From: Azolla caroliniana
Taxonomy: Eukaryota; Plantae; Polypodiophyta
Assembly: GCA_043228905.1 (NCBI GenBank)
Contig: JBHGNT010000003.1
Location: forward strand, 7,006,001 to 7,070,000
Reading direction: 5' to 3'
Length of the DNA stretch: 64,000 bases
Shown: positions 37,384 through 51,055 of the stretch, in pieces
Layout: each line of letters starts with the position of its first letter
How positions within the stretch are numbered: the first letter of the stretch is position 1
Notes under the pieces: generated by a model
Told to the model about the DNA's origin: nothing
Seen by the model: the letters and a program-made list of their open reading frames with translations, nothing else
Databases searched by the model: none
Translations under genes and position numbers: made by a program

Positions 37384-37750
37384 CACTTTGGAAGTCACAG
37401 AAAAAGAAGCAACAACTGGTGTGGGAGAGTCAGAGTCGAAAAGAAGATTTTCGATCTTCCCGCTCATTCAGAACCGTGCATGAAATTCTAATTTCGCACG
37501 GCTCCTGGTTCCTAAAAGACTTTCAATTGACTTTAGCAACGTTCCTAGAACCTTCCTCGCGTATGTATAAAAAAAAGGACTTTTTTTATTTCTTTAATGA
37601 ACGACGATTTTTCATTCAGCAGAGAAACTTACCCTTTAACTTCTCGAGGAATCCTTGATCTTTTTTTTTTAATCCACCAGTAATTCCTTTTGTTCTATTT
37701 TTTGTTTTCCCCCTTATTCCTAGACAGAATCTACACTCCCGCAAGATGGA
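37384..37750 (-). pseudogene. ndhB: NUPT: plastid ndhB group II intron 3' part + start of exon 2
   Basis: Minus strand has the domain V-like GAGCCGTGCGAAATTAGAATTTCATGCACGGTTCT...TTCGACTCTGAC, followed by SPTPVVASFSVTSKV. Confidence 0.78.
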
Positions 37751-37880
37751 TGCCCAGTTGATAGCCTCTTCCTTACTCACGAAACCTATACCCTCTACTC
37801 GTCTCAGAAAAATAGGATTCCTTGTTATTAGTCGCTCATACTCACCAATTTTTGGAAGACAATACTTACAGAAGATGAGT
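37751..37880 (-). pseudogene. ndhH: NUPT: plastid ndhH fragment
   Basis: [32 protein letters not shown] matches NdhH. Confidence 0.82.
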
Positions 37881-38282
37881 CTATATACAACCAAAGTAGT
37901 GGAAAACAACCAACAAGGGATTATAGGATGTGATTATTATACAATATAAAACATACCAAATTAATTGATACACAACATTGAGAAATCATCTTACAACCTA
38001 CCTAATTTGTACATGTTTCCATTATTTTAATACATGTGTGTGTCTATTTATGATGATCAATACCATTAAGGTTGTGGATTTGAATCTTTATGTTGTGGGG
38101 TTGATGTGTGTTCAATAAAAATTGATATTTTCATCATTTTAGTTTGAATTGTTCAATCCTATTGGAGATTAACTTACGCTCTACTTCCTCTAGATTTGTT
38201 CTTTCCTTGGCCTTGTTTAATTGTTGCTTATTAAGTGGTTGGTTCTACTAGGCTTGTAAATACACTTCTCCTATTCACTTTT

Positions 38283-38831
38283 TGTTATGCACACATGGTG
38301 TATGTGAGGGTAGCTCACTCATGTTTACAAAACATAAGTGAAGGGTATGTTTGCTAGTGTTAGAAAGGGACTAATGTGATTGGATAGAAGGAATAATAAG
38401 TGCATGCACTATCATGGTCTTGACAACTAATGAATGAAGGGTCGTTTAGAAAATCACATTTATTCAAGGAGCCTAGGAAGAAGTATAAATATGAGGTCTA
38501 GCTACCCTCATAAAACACATTATGTTAAGGGTTGAAGTCTTGAGACGGTAGTGGTGCCGGCAAGGCTTCTGTCTTAACGATCATGTCACCTATTCTAAGG
38601 TACTAGTCTTCCTAATATCCGTCAATATGAGAAGTTGATGTTAGGTTAGCTATGTCTTGATCATAGCTCAAGACAAAGCCAACCTAACATACGTCAATAG
38701 GAGAAGTTGATGTTAGGTTGGCTATGTCTTGATCGCTCAAGGGTAGTTATGAGGATCAGGTTCTTCTATCCAATCAATTCACCTTTCTTTTACTTTTATT
38801 TGGTCTATTGATTAGTAATAGAATCTTAACA
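38283..38831. mobile_element. Probable solo LTR (copy 2, inverted relative to 20551-21018)
   Basis: TGTTAT...TTAACA termini with flanks CTTTT/CTTTC. Internal ~50-bp duplication near 38620-38735. Confidence 0.7.
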
Positions 38832-39350
38832 CTTTCAAAACTCTAGATCATAGAACGTAATATTCACATTCTTCTGCTCAAACATTCGTTTTCATAAGTT
38901 TCCAAACGAAAGTGTATGTTATGAAAACATCCTCGTGTTTTTTTTGACGTTTTTAATTTTGTTTTGTCAATTTTTACCTTATAGTATGGTTCATAGTATT
39001 CTCTACATAATGTTGAAATATTGAATTGTCCCATCAAATAACATTGTTAACATTGACCTGTCATCCAACAAACAACATTAAAAGTCTTCATAGTTTGCAT
39101 TGTGTTGCGAATGTTCTTGATGAGACTAAGTTGTACGAATATACCATCTTTTGGAAATTAATTGTATTTAGATCTTTAATTGCTAATGCGTTAGAAATTT
39201 ATTGCAAGTATTGCTCATCTTTGTAAACCATGTTAGGTTTCAAATCGTTAAATTGTTGAACCACATTTTTCTACAACTTCCTTGCTTTATCACATTATTG
39301 ACCCCCATTGGGCACCACTTCATTTAATATTTATTGTCTTTGATTTTCTA

Positions 39351-39352
<2 letters not shown>

Positions 39353-39399
<47 letters not shown>
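39353..39399. repeat. (CT)n microsatellite
   Basis: Pure CT run. Confidence 0.95.
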
Positions 39400-39402
<3 letters not shown>

Positions 39403-42400
39403 CAACCCAGTATATCCAACCAAGTGCATGATCCAATTAGTTCAGCATTGTCCTAGCTGATAATTTCCATTTTGGGGAATATCTCATAATTACAGTTGAT
39501 GAATCAAAACATCATTTATTCTAAGTTCTCACTTGGTCATATTACATGTGGTCATGATTACATCCTAGTCTCCTTGCTAACTATATTCAATCCCGTTCTT
39601 CTTGCCGATCTCATGGTTCAATGGAATTGCATTGAATGGGCATACAAAGACATGTTTAAACATCCATATCATTTGATTTCTTCTCCCTAATTGTGGGAAA
39701 TCCAAAAAGAAAAACAAACTTCCCCTAATATTTTGGAAAGTTATCATACTACCTCCTTATTTTCCAAAACCTCTTGTGTTTAAATATTTTTTGCTATTTA
39801 TAAATTTCTTTTATCTATCTTTTGTCTTGGATCTTTTCCTTAACGAATATCCTTAAGAGTAACTCGAGAAAGTTACTCCGTCTATTGTTTCAAGTACATT
39901 GATAAGGAGCATAGAAAGCAACTATACCCATCAAGATAAAGAGGCAATTCAGATAGTTAGACAAGTGCATTTAGAACAGTATGACATCCCCCTATAAACT
40001 TTGTGTCTTTAATAGCTCATATTGGACTAGTAGAAGAAGCGATTAAAATAAATCATTTTTAAAAGGTTAGCATTATTAATTGAAAAACTAGCTCTACTTT
40101 ATATATAGATAAAGTTTGTTGGTTCTAACACAACAAACACAATATTGAGCTATCTAGCCATTTTGGATAGCAATCCTTTGATTTTGTCTACCCTATAAGA
40201 TGTTCATTGCTACACAAGCATGATAAGGCATAGATAGATAGATGGATGAATGGATGGATGGATAGATAGATGTCTAGCATTTGGTGAACAGTTGCTCGAA
40301 TATGATTGGTTTGATGCATTTTTTCTTCAAGTTGGATGCTAAGTCTAAACCAACCTGAACGAGCAATAATGGTAGGTGATAAGTGGTGTGCCTAACCTTA
40401 GTTATAACTTATACATATATCCATGGCATGCGGTACCTTACAACTATTAAACTTATTGTGCTATAAATCAAAATTATTGTTGGTTATGCATTCTTTCATA
40501 CTACTAATGTTATAATATCACAATGCATTTATACGAACACATCATATTAATTTTATCATGATGATGTACATGCAAAACTGTCCTTGTAATTTAATGTTTT
40601 TGCTTAGTTGTATAGGTGGCCGTGTAATTGTAATTTAGTTTGTTGATGGTAGATGTGATTATTTGTTAATAATGTGAATAATGGTTAATGATACACCTTT
40701 ACAAATGAGAAAATGAAGAATACTTTCCTTGCGTCCAACATCAGATCAAGCTTGACTCTAAAAGGTTGAGCTTATGATGTAATATGTAATAGGCTCGTTC
40801 ATAGATATTTTGAAGTATGCCTACATGGCCTTTTTCTTTGTGAAAACTGAATCTTTATTTTGTCAGTTTAGTGTCAAAACAAAGAGTCGTTATAAAAGTT
40901 AACATTAGAAATACAAATAGATATGCATTTGTATGCGCGTGAACACACTTCTAAAATGCTAAGAGACCACTAATTCCATAGCAATCAATATTTTGTATTT
41001 TAGATAGCAAATGTTTTAAAGATCTAAATTTTTAGTACATAACAGTTGGGCAACCAGTCTTTTGATTCACCCTCAAAGACATCAGTAGCAAATGTTCTTA
41101 AGGAAAGCAAAAAGTGTCTTAGGAAGTCGTAGTTATGAATAAGAATGTGACAATGTTTGTATTTTATTGTTTCTGAAAGTCAGCATTTCATTTAGCTCAT
41201 AAAGTGAAATTTTAATATTGATATTATATGTGATTCTATTTCCTAGTGAGACTGTCGTTCTCATCAACATATAAAAAGTGGTCCAAGTATCTCATACAAA
41301 TTATCATTCTAATAGCTTGATGAATTATCATTGTGATGTTCATGACAAAATATTTCATGTCAAGCCGTTGGTGCGTCAAACAAGTGTTCACATTATCTGA
41401 TGACAAAGTGATTTTAACAATTGTACTTTTTCTCGTTGGGTCTATCTTTGAAGACTATGGTGAAGACTATGGCTTTTCCATTTCTAAAAGTTTAATTATA
41501 ATACCATCATTTCAATAAAAGCTTAAACTAAATCGTCATTCCACACTTACTTGTAAATGTGAACCTTTGGGTGGAGCATTGAGTTGTTTGCTCCTTTGAC
41601 TATAGGTAGAAAGCTCAACCAGGAGTGCTAGAGTTAATACTTAAACTCTCGGTAGCTTGTCTAGGTGCAAGAATGTACCTTTTATTATTGAATGTAGATC
41701 CACATTTTTCTCAATGAATATTAATGAAGAATAAATGAAAAGCAAAAGTTATTTTGCAAGACAAGCATTAAAAAGAGGTGGTGATCAAAGGCCTTAGGGT
41801 AGGTAAACATGGTCGGTTGGGTGTTAACGCATGTCCAAACTTAGAAAATCCTTAGATACGGAAAAAACAAATTGTCTTGCACTTGAGACTATTGTGTGAG
41901 AAATTGACAATGGAAAAGAACAATGTAATAAAAGTAGGGTCAAAGTATGCTAAAATGCATCGAAAAATCATATAATGAAAGACCCTCGTAATTAAAAAAA
42001 TTGTAAACACATGCACATCATCTCAATCAACTCATATGACATGTGCCCTGCATGTTCTACCTTTGTCATTCTACCAAAGCAATTTTGAACATCCTAACAG
42101 TAGGGTAGAACTTGGTTAGGTTCATGAAGCAAAAGAGTTTGTCATAAATGACAGGTTCATGAAACCAGAGATTTTGTGAAGGTATTCGTGTTTCCAAGAA
42201 GGGCTTCGTATGTAACTATGTTCTACAAAAGCAATGTTCGACCTCTTAAAACCGAAGCATTTGTGCACCGGTTCTCGTATAACCGTGAGTGGGATATTTG
42301 AAGCTCCTCAAAAACCACACTTAGAATTTAAAATTATTTTACAACTACATGAGTGCACACTTCCACAATTTAAATTAACTAATGAGAATTTTTCACACTC

Positions 42401-43630
42401 CTTATAATAGATGTAGGTACAGGTGTAATACATGTGATATCGCATCGCCACCCCTCCAGATCTAAAATCATTGGAGACAATGACATGGTGTTCTAAAAGC
42501 TAGTGACACGTTTGTAAGGTTTTCGTTAACCACAAAAAAAGGATCGAGACAAGGTCCCATATGCCACTATTTCATCTAGTTGCATTTGCACATTAAAGTA
42601 TTTCTCAAGGTGCACTTCAACATTGACCTCATCACACAAGTCTGCCTTTACATCACATGCATCTTATTCGCTGATCATGCTCCACCGAATCAAAATATCT
42701 TGTCCCCCTAAAACGTAGTTACTACTCAATTGTAAATGCTTGACGTGGTTGATATCTAAATTCAATGGTTAACATATTGAGGGAATTTGAGATACTTACG
42801 GTAACCTCAAAAGCATTCATCTTGGGCATAGTAATATGACACTTCGGAAAGCATTCAATAAATATGGAAGCTTAAATTAAACAAAGACTTTCTCTTATTC
42901 AAATGATAATTCTTAAAATATTTCCACATACATAATAACTATTGTCTGGTAATAACTGTTGGATCACCTAGCCTTATTCCCAATAGCATTGTACACCCCA
43001 CTATCCGTAAAGAACACATTCTCAGAAATGCAAAGAACATAGTGAAGGGATAACCATATCATAGTGGAGAATGTTGATGAACAAGATTTCACAAGCAAGC
43101 AAACATAGCTTGAAGTCATTAAACATTCATGCCCAAACTAAACAAGGTAATATTCATGTCCACTCGCTATATGTGACCATTGTTGAAATGTTTGGGGCTA
43201 TTCTTTAGATCAACCTTTTTTTAAGTTCCAGAAAAGCATGTACAAAGTTTAGAACTAGCTAGTAATAAAATCATTCAATTTGACAAACCAAGAAGTAAGG
43301 TATTGATAAAACCTTACTTATATTGAAATCAAGATACGGCTTGTATAAAATATATAATAATAAGAGAAGGGTTTTCCAATTTGGCGTTTCTCGCATGGGT
43401 ACATACAATTCACAAGGAAAGAAGTATAGGTTGTTGGTGAAATCACAATTGATCAAAACTTGTGAAGGTAGGATACAACTTGACTTGTGTAGGGAAGTAT
43501 AATAATAATAATAATAATAATAAAAGAATTGTGTCTCCAAACATTTAGTAAGGAATGCCAATGCCTTTTATGAGTTTTAGTATGTGGTAGGAAACCATTG
43601 CATATATTTATTTTACTCACAAGTTGGAGT

Positions 43631-46600
43631 TTAGTTTTGCCAAGTGAAAGCCACGGGGCTCCTCACATCATGCACTTGGTTCGACCACGTAATACTACCA
43701 AAGGAGGAGTGACTTTCTTCGGGGCTAAGGCCCTTGAGAATGCTCGCTTCACATGTAATTGTATAACTCTTCTTCTCATTAACCCTACTAAAAGCAAGCG
43801 TAGTAGGCTCGACCTTCATGGTCACCCCATTTGGGGCCACGGCCTTCACATTATACACTGAATTATCCTCCCCAACGTTGGTGACCGTCCGGGTAAGTGT
43901 GGCACTAAACCTCGTGGTCGTGCCCGCGCCTTGGTTAAAGACCAAGGAAAAAGAAGGGTAGTTGAGATTGCTAGGGGAAAGGCTCTTAGGGGAGCACTTG
44001 TACCTCTCTTTGGTGAGGGTAACCAACATGGTGTCCGAGTAGTTAAGCCCACATAGGAAATCCACATAGTCTTGGACACCGAGGTCATAGACGAGGCCCG
44101 GGTTGAGCGCCTTGGCTGGATCGACATGTCCGGCCCCGAAGCCGAAAGGTGTGGAGGCGATCGTGGCATCGGCCCCATCTAAGAGGCCATTTCCACTATT
44201 GTCTCTATTGTACGCGGTGGTCATAAGGGCTGATTTGATAGCCGATGGGCTCCAATGAGGGTATGCCCCCTTGAGGAGAGCCGCAAGGCCGCTCGCATGC
44301 GGGCATGACATCGACGTCCCCGACATTATGTTGAATGGCACCACGCGGTCATCGCCCGGGAGCTCGGTCGGGCCGGCTTTGTCCGTCCACGCGGCAAGTA
44401 TGTTCACACCCGGGGCTGTCACGTCGGGCTTCAATATCTCGGGGTTGGCCGGGTTGGGGCCGCGGGAGGAGAAAGCGGCCATGACGGGGGCCGGTTTCAC
44501 ACCTAGGACGGTGCCCGAGAAGTCGAGGCTAACGGTGGCCGGGGTGGTCCGAGAGGCCGCAAGGTAGGCCTTGATGGCGAGGCCCGCTTGGTAGCCGACA
44601 AGTGCAGCGGGTAGGACATGGCTATCGGCAATAAGCTCTTCGCCATTCGTCTCGGCATTGGCGAGGATCATGCCTTCTCCTCCGGCTTTCTTCACGACCA
44701 TGCCTTTGGCGGCTCGTGCGCTCACGCCCCTATCACATACCACGATCTTTCCCTTCACACGTTTTGGGTCCAGAGTGTCGGTCATACACAAATTAGAGCT
44801 CGCGTTTGTGCCCGGCAAGCCCACATCCCCCGCATAGACCAATGTCTGCATATCGAAACAATGTCATTCATAAATCACATTCATTATTGTTAAGTGGTGC
44901 CAAAGCTTAAGGATCAAAAATCCAAATGTCATTCATAAATCACATTCATTGTTATGTGGATGCCAAAGCTTAAGCATCAAAAATCCAAATGTCAATTCAT
45001 AAATCACATTCATTGTTACGTGGTGCAAAGTTTAAACATCAAAAATCCAAATGTCATTCATAAATCACATTCATTTGTTATGTGGGAGCATCAAATCCAA
45101 ATGTCATTCATAATCACATTCATTGTTATGTGGTGCCAATCTTAAGCATCAAAAATCCAGTCATTCATAATCACATTCATTGTTATGTGGTGCCAATCTT
45201 AAGCATCAAAAATCCAAATGTCATTCATAATCACATTCATTGTTATGTGGTGCCAATCTTAAGCATCAAATTCAAATACCCTGCCCCACCATGACCTTAT
45301 GGCCTATGTCTACCCTAACTGAGACTCCATTAATGTAGGTCTATATAGCCATTCTGGCTATGGTGGACCAAACCTCCAGCTTTTGAGCCTACAACTTATG
45401 GCCTGTGTCTAACCCTAACTGACTCCTCCATTAATGTAGGTCTATATAGCCATTCTGGCTATGGTGGACCTCAAACCTCCAGCTTTTGAGCTTTACCTCA
45501 AGAACTTAAATTCACCCTACTAATGTGAGATTTCAAGTATACACATTCATGAGAGGCTATGATGCTTACATACCTGATCAATGAGCTCTTTCCCATTGTA
45601 GAGGGAGATGCCTTTGTAAGATCTGCCATTTGCAAGCTTAATGAGAGCCGGGAAGTCTCTATCGAGGGTACTGGCTCCAACAGTTAGCATCCATGGGGCT
45701 ATATTGGCAACTGAGGCAGGGACAGGGCCCGCATTCCCGGCCGAGCTCGACACAAGAATCCCATTCTCCATAGCTCCGAAGCTTCCTATAGCGATCGGAT
45801 CGAGGTAGTAAGGCAAGACACCGCCTCCTACGGAGAGCGAGATTATGTCTACGCCATCCGCCACGGCCTGATCGAAGGCGGCTAATATGTCAGAATTGAA
45901 GCATCCTCCGGCCCAACAGACCTTATACATGGCGATACGGGCACGGGGCGCCATCCCGCGTGCGGTTCCCCAAGCCGAACCGAATAGGTTCGCGCCACGG
46001 ACATAACCCCCGGCAGCCGTGGAGGAGGTGTGAGTCCCATGGCCTTGGGTATCCCTAGGAGACTTGAACTCTACGGTTTCGTTGATGCTCCCGAGCGCGG
46101 ATTCGTAGCCTTTGTAGAAGGATCTCGCTCCGATGAGCTTCTTGTTGCATAGCGAAGGCGAGAAGTCCGGGGTAGACTCGCAATGTCCCTTCCATCGGGA
46201 CGGGATGGGTCCGAGAGAGGCTCCGCTGTCATCAAAGCTCTTCCTTTCGGGCCATATGCCCGAGTCGATGACCCCGACAACGACATCCTCCCCGAAGCTT
46301 GAGTCGGGGAGCAAGCCGGACCTCGGGTCGAGGCCCAAGAATTGAGGGGTTCTTGTGGTGTGGAGATGAGCAAAGGATTGGTCTTCCATAACACTTACCA
46401 CACCTCCGATTCGCTTCAATGCTTGCAGCTCGGGGCCGGAGAGGCGAGCAGCGAAGCCATGGAAGACATTGGAGTAGGTGTATAGGAAGGGGGATTCACC
46501 TTCTTCTTGGGTAGAGGTTAATTCATGGCCTTTGGCTAGGGCCAAGGTGGACATATACCAATCTATGTGAGTCGAGAAGGCGGACGGCTTAGCGGAGTGG

Positions 46601-46716
46601 GCGATATGGACAATGTAGGAGGAAGAAGAAGAAGAAGAAGAAGAAGCCCTAGCTATGCTGGCTATGCTGGCTATGGTGAGGGCAAGGAAGATGAGTGGGG
46701 CTCCATGTGAGCCCAT
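43631..46716 (-). CDS. Subtilisin-like serine protease (S8, SBT1-type); exons 46716-45574 and 44845-43631, ~785 aa
   Basis: Signal peptide, I9 prodomain (YIVH...FHGFAARL), HTTRTP processing site, catalytic D (VIDSG), H (GHGTHT) and S (SGTSMSCPH), PA and Fn3 domains. Phase-0 intron CAG|GTATGT...GCAG|ACA. Confidence 0.95.
44858..45272. repeat. ~60-bp tandem repeat (~7 copies) in the subtilase intron
   Basis: Unit AATGTCATTCATAAATCACATTCATTGTTATGTGGTGCCAAxCTTAAGCATCAAAAATCCA. Confidence 0.92.
45297..45491. repeat. ~100-bp tandem duplication in the subtilase intron
   Basis: TTATGGCCT...GTAGGTCTATATAGCCATTCTGGCTATGGTGGACC...CAGCTTTTGAGC occurs twice. Confidence 0.9.
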
Positions 46717-49700
46717 ACTAACTAAGATAAGCAGTAGATGGTAGTAGAGCTAAGAACTTGGGGAAGGAACAGAGAGAAAGAGGAGGAGAAGAGAGCAGCA
46801 CATACATACATACATACATATATATATACATATAAAGGACTCAGGAGGAGATGGAAAGTTAAAAAAGAGGAGTAGTAGTAGTAGTAGTAATTGCAAGTGT
46901 TTGGCTTTCTTTCTCTCTCTCTCTTTTGTTGTTGGTTGTGTTGTTTTTTTGGCTTTCTTCTTCTTCTTTTTCAAGCGTTTTCACACTCATACACACACTG
47001 CACTACCCTGCCTTCAATCTGATAAGTTGAATGAATGAATGCTCTGTTTCTTCTTCTTCTTCTTCTTCTTCTTCTTCTTCTTCTTTGACCCCTATTTCCC
47101 CTGTTTCTCCTTATCTGTTCTTCTATTCTATTTTCACTATCTGCCTCTCCACTTATCGAGAAAAAAAAAGGTAAAAAAAACCACAAAACAAAACAAAAAA
47201 AAAAGCAAAAAAAGATTTTTACCCTTCTTTTTGTTGGTTCTTTTTCTATGCGTGTGTGAATGCGCTCTTTGTTGGTTGTGTTTCGAAATATCCGATGTTT
47301 ACCATCCACCCCCTCTCGTAAACATATCGAAATATGACAAAGAGTTTTGGTCTGATTTCCTAGTATCTGATCTCGATGTTTTGTTTGGAACCGGGTCTCA
47401 ACAAACGTGGGTGAAGGTAGACACGGAAGACAGGAACGGAAGGAAGGAAACCTTCAGAAAAGAGGCGGTGTTGTTGCAATGCACTTTTCGGATAAGTTTG
47501 ACAAGCACATAAGGTATAACAAGAGTGCGCCACAATGGAAAAGTTGAAAAGGAAGCTTGGGAGGAACAAGATTGTCGTGTTGTGGTATTTGTTGTATTCT
47601 AGTATTTGTGGTGTCGTGGTATTGTGGTATTGTGGTGTAGTGGTATTGTGACAAGTGATATATCACATTAAAGCAAGTGGGCCAAAAGTTCTTTCAAGGG
47701 TAATACGCAGGAGGAGCATGTTTTCTAGACTCTTACCACATACCTTGTTTTACATTTGTCCCAAATGAGAAGCCCAACCAATAGTGAATGAGAAGCCCAT
47801 CCAATAGGGTATGTGTGCATGGCTTCTTCCCCCCCCCCCCCCCCCCCCTCCTAACTATCGAACTATTTGGTTAGCTTTGTGATGGTAACGATGCGCTTTG
47901 TAAATCGTGCTTAAATTTCATATCTTCGAGTAAAATCGTTTTCATCAAAAAAAAGGCTCGATTGGAAATGAGTACTCTTTTAATCAATAACTTTTACAAT
48001 CAATACATTAAAAGTTGGCCCCAAGATAATCCCTCATTTCTCGTCAAATATTTCAAGTACGGCACATTTTTTAATTCCAAGAATCTCTCACTCTCTTAGT
48101 CTCTCTATGGTATAAGATAGAGATTTGTGACACTTGCAAGAAGTTGCAAAAAGTGGGTTTGTTGGGTCACAATGGAGAGGAGAGAGAGAGAGAAGAAAAT
48201 ACATGTGTTGAAGAAAGTGAGAGATCGACACCAATTCAGACGAGTTCAAGTTGTTCATTCATTTTCCTTCTCTTCCATGTAATGACTTCGTCAGTTATTT
48301 ATTTCTCGTAATGAATCCTTCATCATAGAAACATGATATTGTTACAAAACTTACTCACTCTTCATGATTGCCACCAATCAATATCGGAGGTAGGACTAGC
48401 AAAGTTTTTGCATTGTTCACTAACATTGTATATGATAGTTGCTTTATCCAATACCCACTCAGACGATATTTATGAAACATTTCCCCTTTTTTGCTATGCT
48501 TCTCGATTTTTATTGTTTTTGTCTCATGTTTTCAATGCTAGTCCTCCCCTTTATTCCATAAAGGCTGTAATAGACGATTGAAGATTTGAGCAATCTATTC
48601 ATCATCTAACACTTAGCCTTCTCTATCTCTATCTCTTGTAGGCCCACACATTTTCTTTTACTTTCTCCCTTAAGGAAGTAATGAAAAAACTACTGGCGAA
48701 GTTGCATACATCTCAAGTGACTTATTTTCTTTATCGAACCATTATGAAGAGACTTTGTAATTGCCCCCCTCACATGATTTCGGATCAATGAGCGTTGGCA
48801 TGCAAAAAGAAATTGAATGTTGCTTTATCATATTAGCTCCGACCAAATAACATTCACGTAGATTCTTTTCTTTGCGTGTCATATATTGCAATTCCACAAC
48901 TAAACAACTTGGTGATGAATGCTCAATCTTGACTTGTTTGGTTGTTTAATTTCCCCTTTGATATAGGTATCATGATTATCAATTATGTTCACGTTATGAG
49001 AGGTTTGCAAGACAATGGAAAGAACAATATGGTTGATGATGCTTCTGGACGAATCTCAAATGTCTACTAATGATAACTAGCTTGTAGACCTTTCGTTTCA
49101 ACATTAGAAATTAGAATATGATTCCTCACGTGCACATGAGTACACTATTGGGCTTTCGTGGAGTCCACTTAAATCCCAACTTCCACTTGAGAACCTACAA
49201 AATTGGCAATAAAACTATTCCCAATAGATGTTACCACATGCTCTCACATTTTCCTTGACCTTGGGAAGAATTTTCATACGAAGAAGATGCATACCATGAC
49301 TATTTGTTTTAAGGATAGTGTCATTTGTTGGTGTAAACAAATAGGGAAATTGTCTATTTTTCTGGGTTTGAATATACATATGTGTAGTGATTATACTTGT
49401 TCCTTCGATTGATTTGTTACTTCTCTCATATACAACAACTTCTATCCATCATCAATTTATGGAACTCTTATCTCTTAAACCATAGGGAATTTGTTGGTAA
49501 ATTTCTTTTCTTTTTTTCCGAGTTTGAAAATTCATCATTCTAAAATATAATGATTTGTACCTTTGGAAGCCTCACCTTTTTCATTTGATTGATTTGCACC
49601 TTAGCTCCTAAAAGAACTTTAACCTTTTTGTATCAATCTCTCTCTAACCCTTTTGGACCCAACATGAGAAGCATGGTGAACTTCATTTCATATATTGCTC

Positions 49701-51055
49701 TTTGCTTTTTCGTAGCTATTTATTTTGTCTTGGTTTTCGTTAGAGTCTCTCGAATTGTTCTATTATCTAAATCGCAGGAAAGAATCTCACATTGCTTCTT
49801 TGTTGAGGGAAACTACTTCTCTCTCTTTCACGTTACTTGAAAAGCAACTCCACTTTACAACCAACACTTTGATGTGATCTTTTATAACACATTGTGCCTT
49901 CCTTCTTGAGCACCCTCGCATGCTTTGAAGCTTGCAATCATTTGTGAAGAATTCCTTTATATGTTGCCTGTTTATACTTTAATTTCGCATAAGATAGAAT
50001 CTACTCACAAATAGAGGAACATTCACATTTGTATGTGCTCAAAATATTCGGTTAGGTACTATAACCCCACCTTCATAGATCTTTGAGGTGCATGTTTTTA
50101 TGACACCAGAATCAGTCAAAAAGTTAACATCATTCAATTTGGTTTTACCAGAATCCACTTTACATTTGGAGAATTTAACCCAAATCTTTGGAGTTATAGA
50201 TGTTCCAACAACACTCTAGAAGACATCAACAAGAGTTCGAACGAGATTGTTCCGTTTGATTTACCGAAATTCAGTTTGCCTTTGGACACTTGGCAAACTT
50301 CAACTCCATTTTGAATAGCACATAACTCTTGAAGCATTACTCAATTCAAAGATGCTTCCTCTGGAAATCGTGGGGCTGAAGGATTACAATACTAGTGGGA
50401 ATTCAAAGATCCTCCTTGTAAAGAGCCAAGGATCCAATATATATCCTTGTTTGCACAACTTGCTCAAGATCCTTACAGTATTGCTACAATATGGAATCGG
50501 CAGGGTACTCAATCTGGAGATATTGGATTTTATTAGATTTTATTAGATTTTACTAGATTTTACTCTTCCTCTGCTTAAGGCATGTTCCTCAACAATCCAA
50601 AAGCTTTCTTTCAGTATGTAGTTATTATTTTCTTTCCATTAAACCTGAATGACAACATGATCGTGATCGAAGACAATCGATCTACCTATAAAAAAAACAT
50701 GTAGCATGAAATTAGATTCTCATTTTTATACAATAATCCTCGAGATTTATGTTAGATGTAAGACCCACCTCGTTTCTAAATCAAGTGAACATCTTCATCA
50801 CCTTCCAAAACATTGGAATTTGACTGCTGATAATCAGAGTCCCCCGAGAAAATACAGTTTAAGCATCTCGACAACCTGCAAAAGTTGAAATGTCATATAA
50901 TATACTTGTGCAATTGATGTCTCCCCCATTTGAATATATATACCTCTGTAAAGTCCAAATTCGAGCATTTGAATTCGTGAATATATAATAATAATGGGAA
51001 CCAATGCCCAAGCTCTAGGAAGTGCAAGATCATCAACTTGACCATGATATCATCC

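Noticed and set aside
37430-37510. Functional nuclear group II intron
   Set aside because: Only the 3' part is present, within a plastid-derived fragment.
39400-43500. AT-rich region with short ORFs and faint repeat remnants
   Set aside because: No supportable domain, TIR/TSD or LTR boundary seen by eye.
48300-50700. Possible very old retroelement remnant on the minus strand
   Set aside because: Only vague motif traces; needs an HMM or RepeatMasker search.
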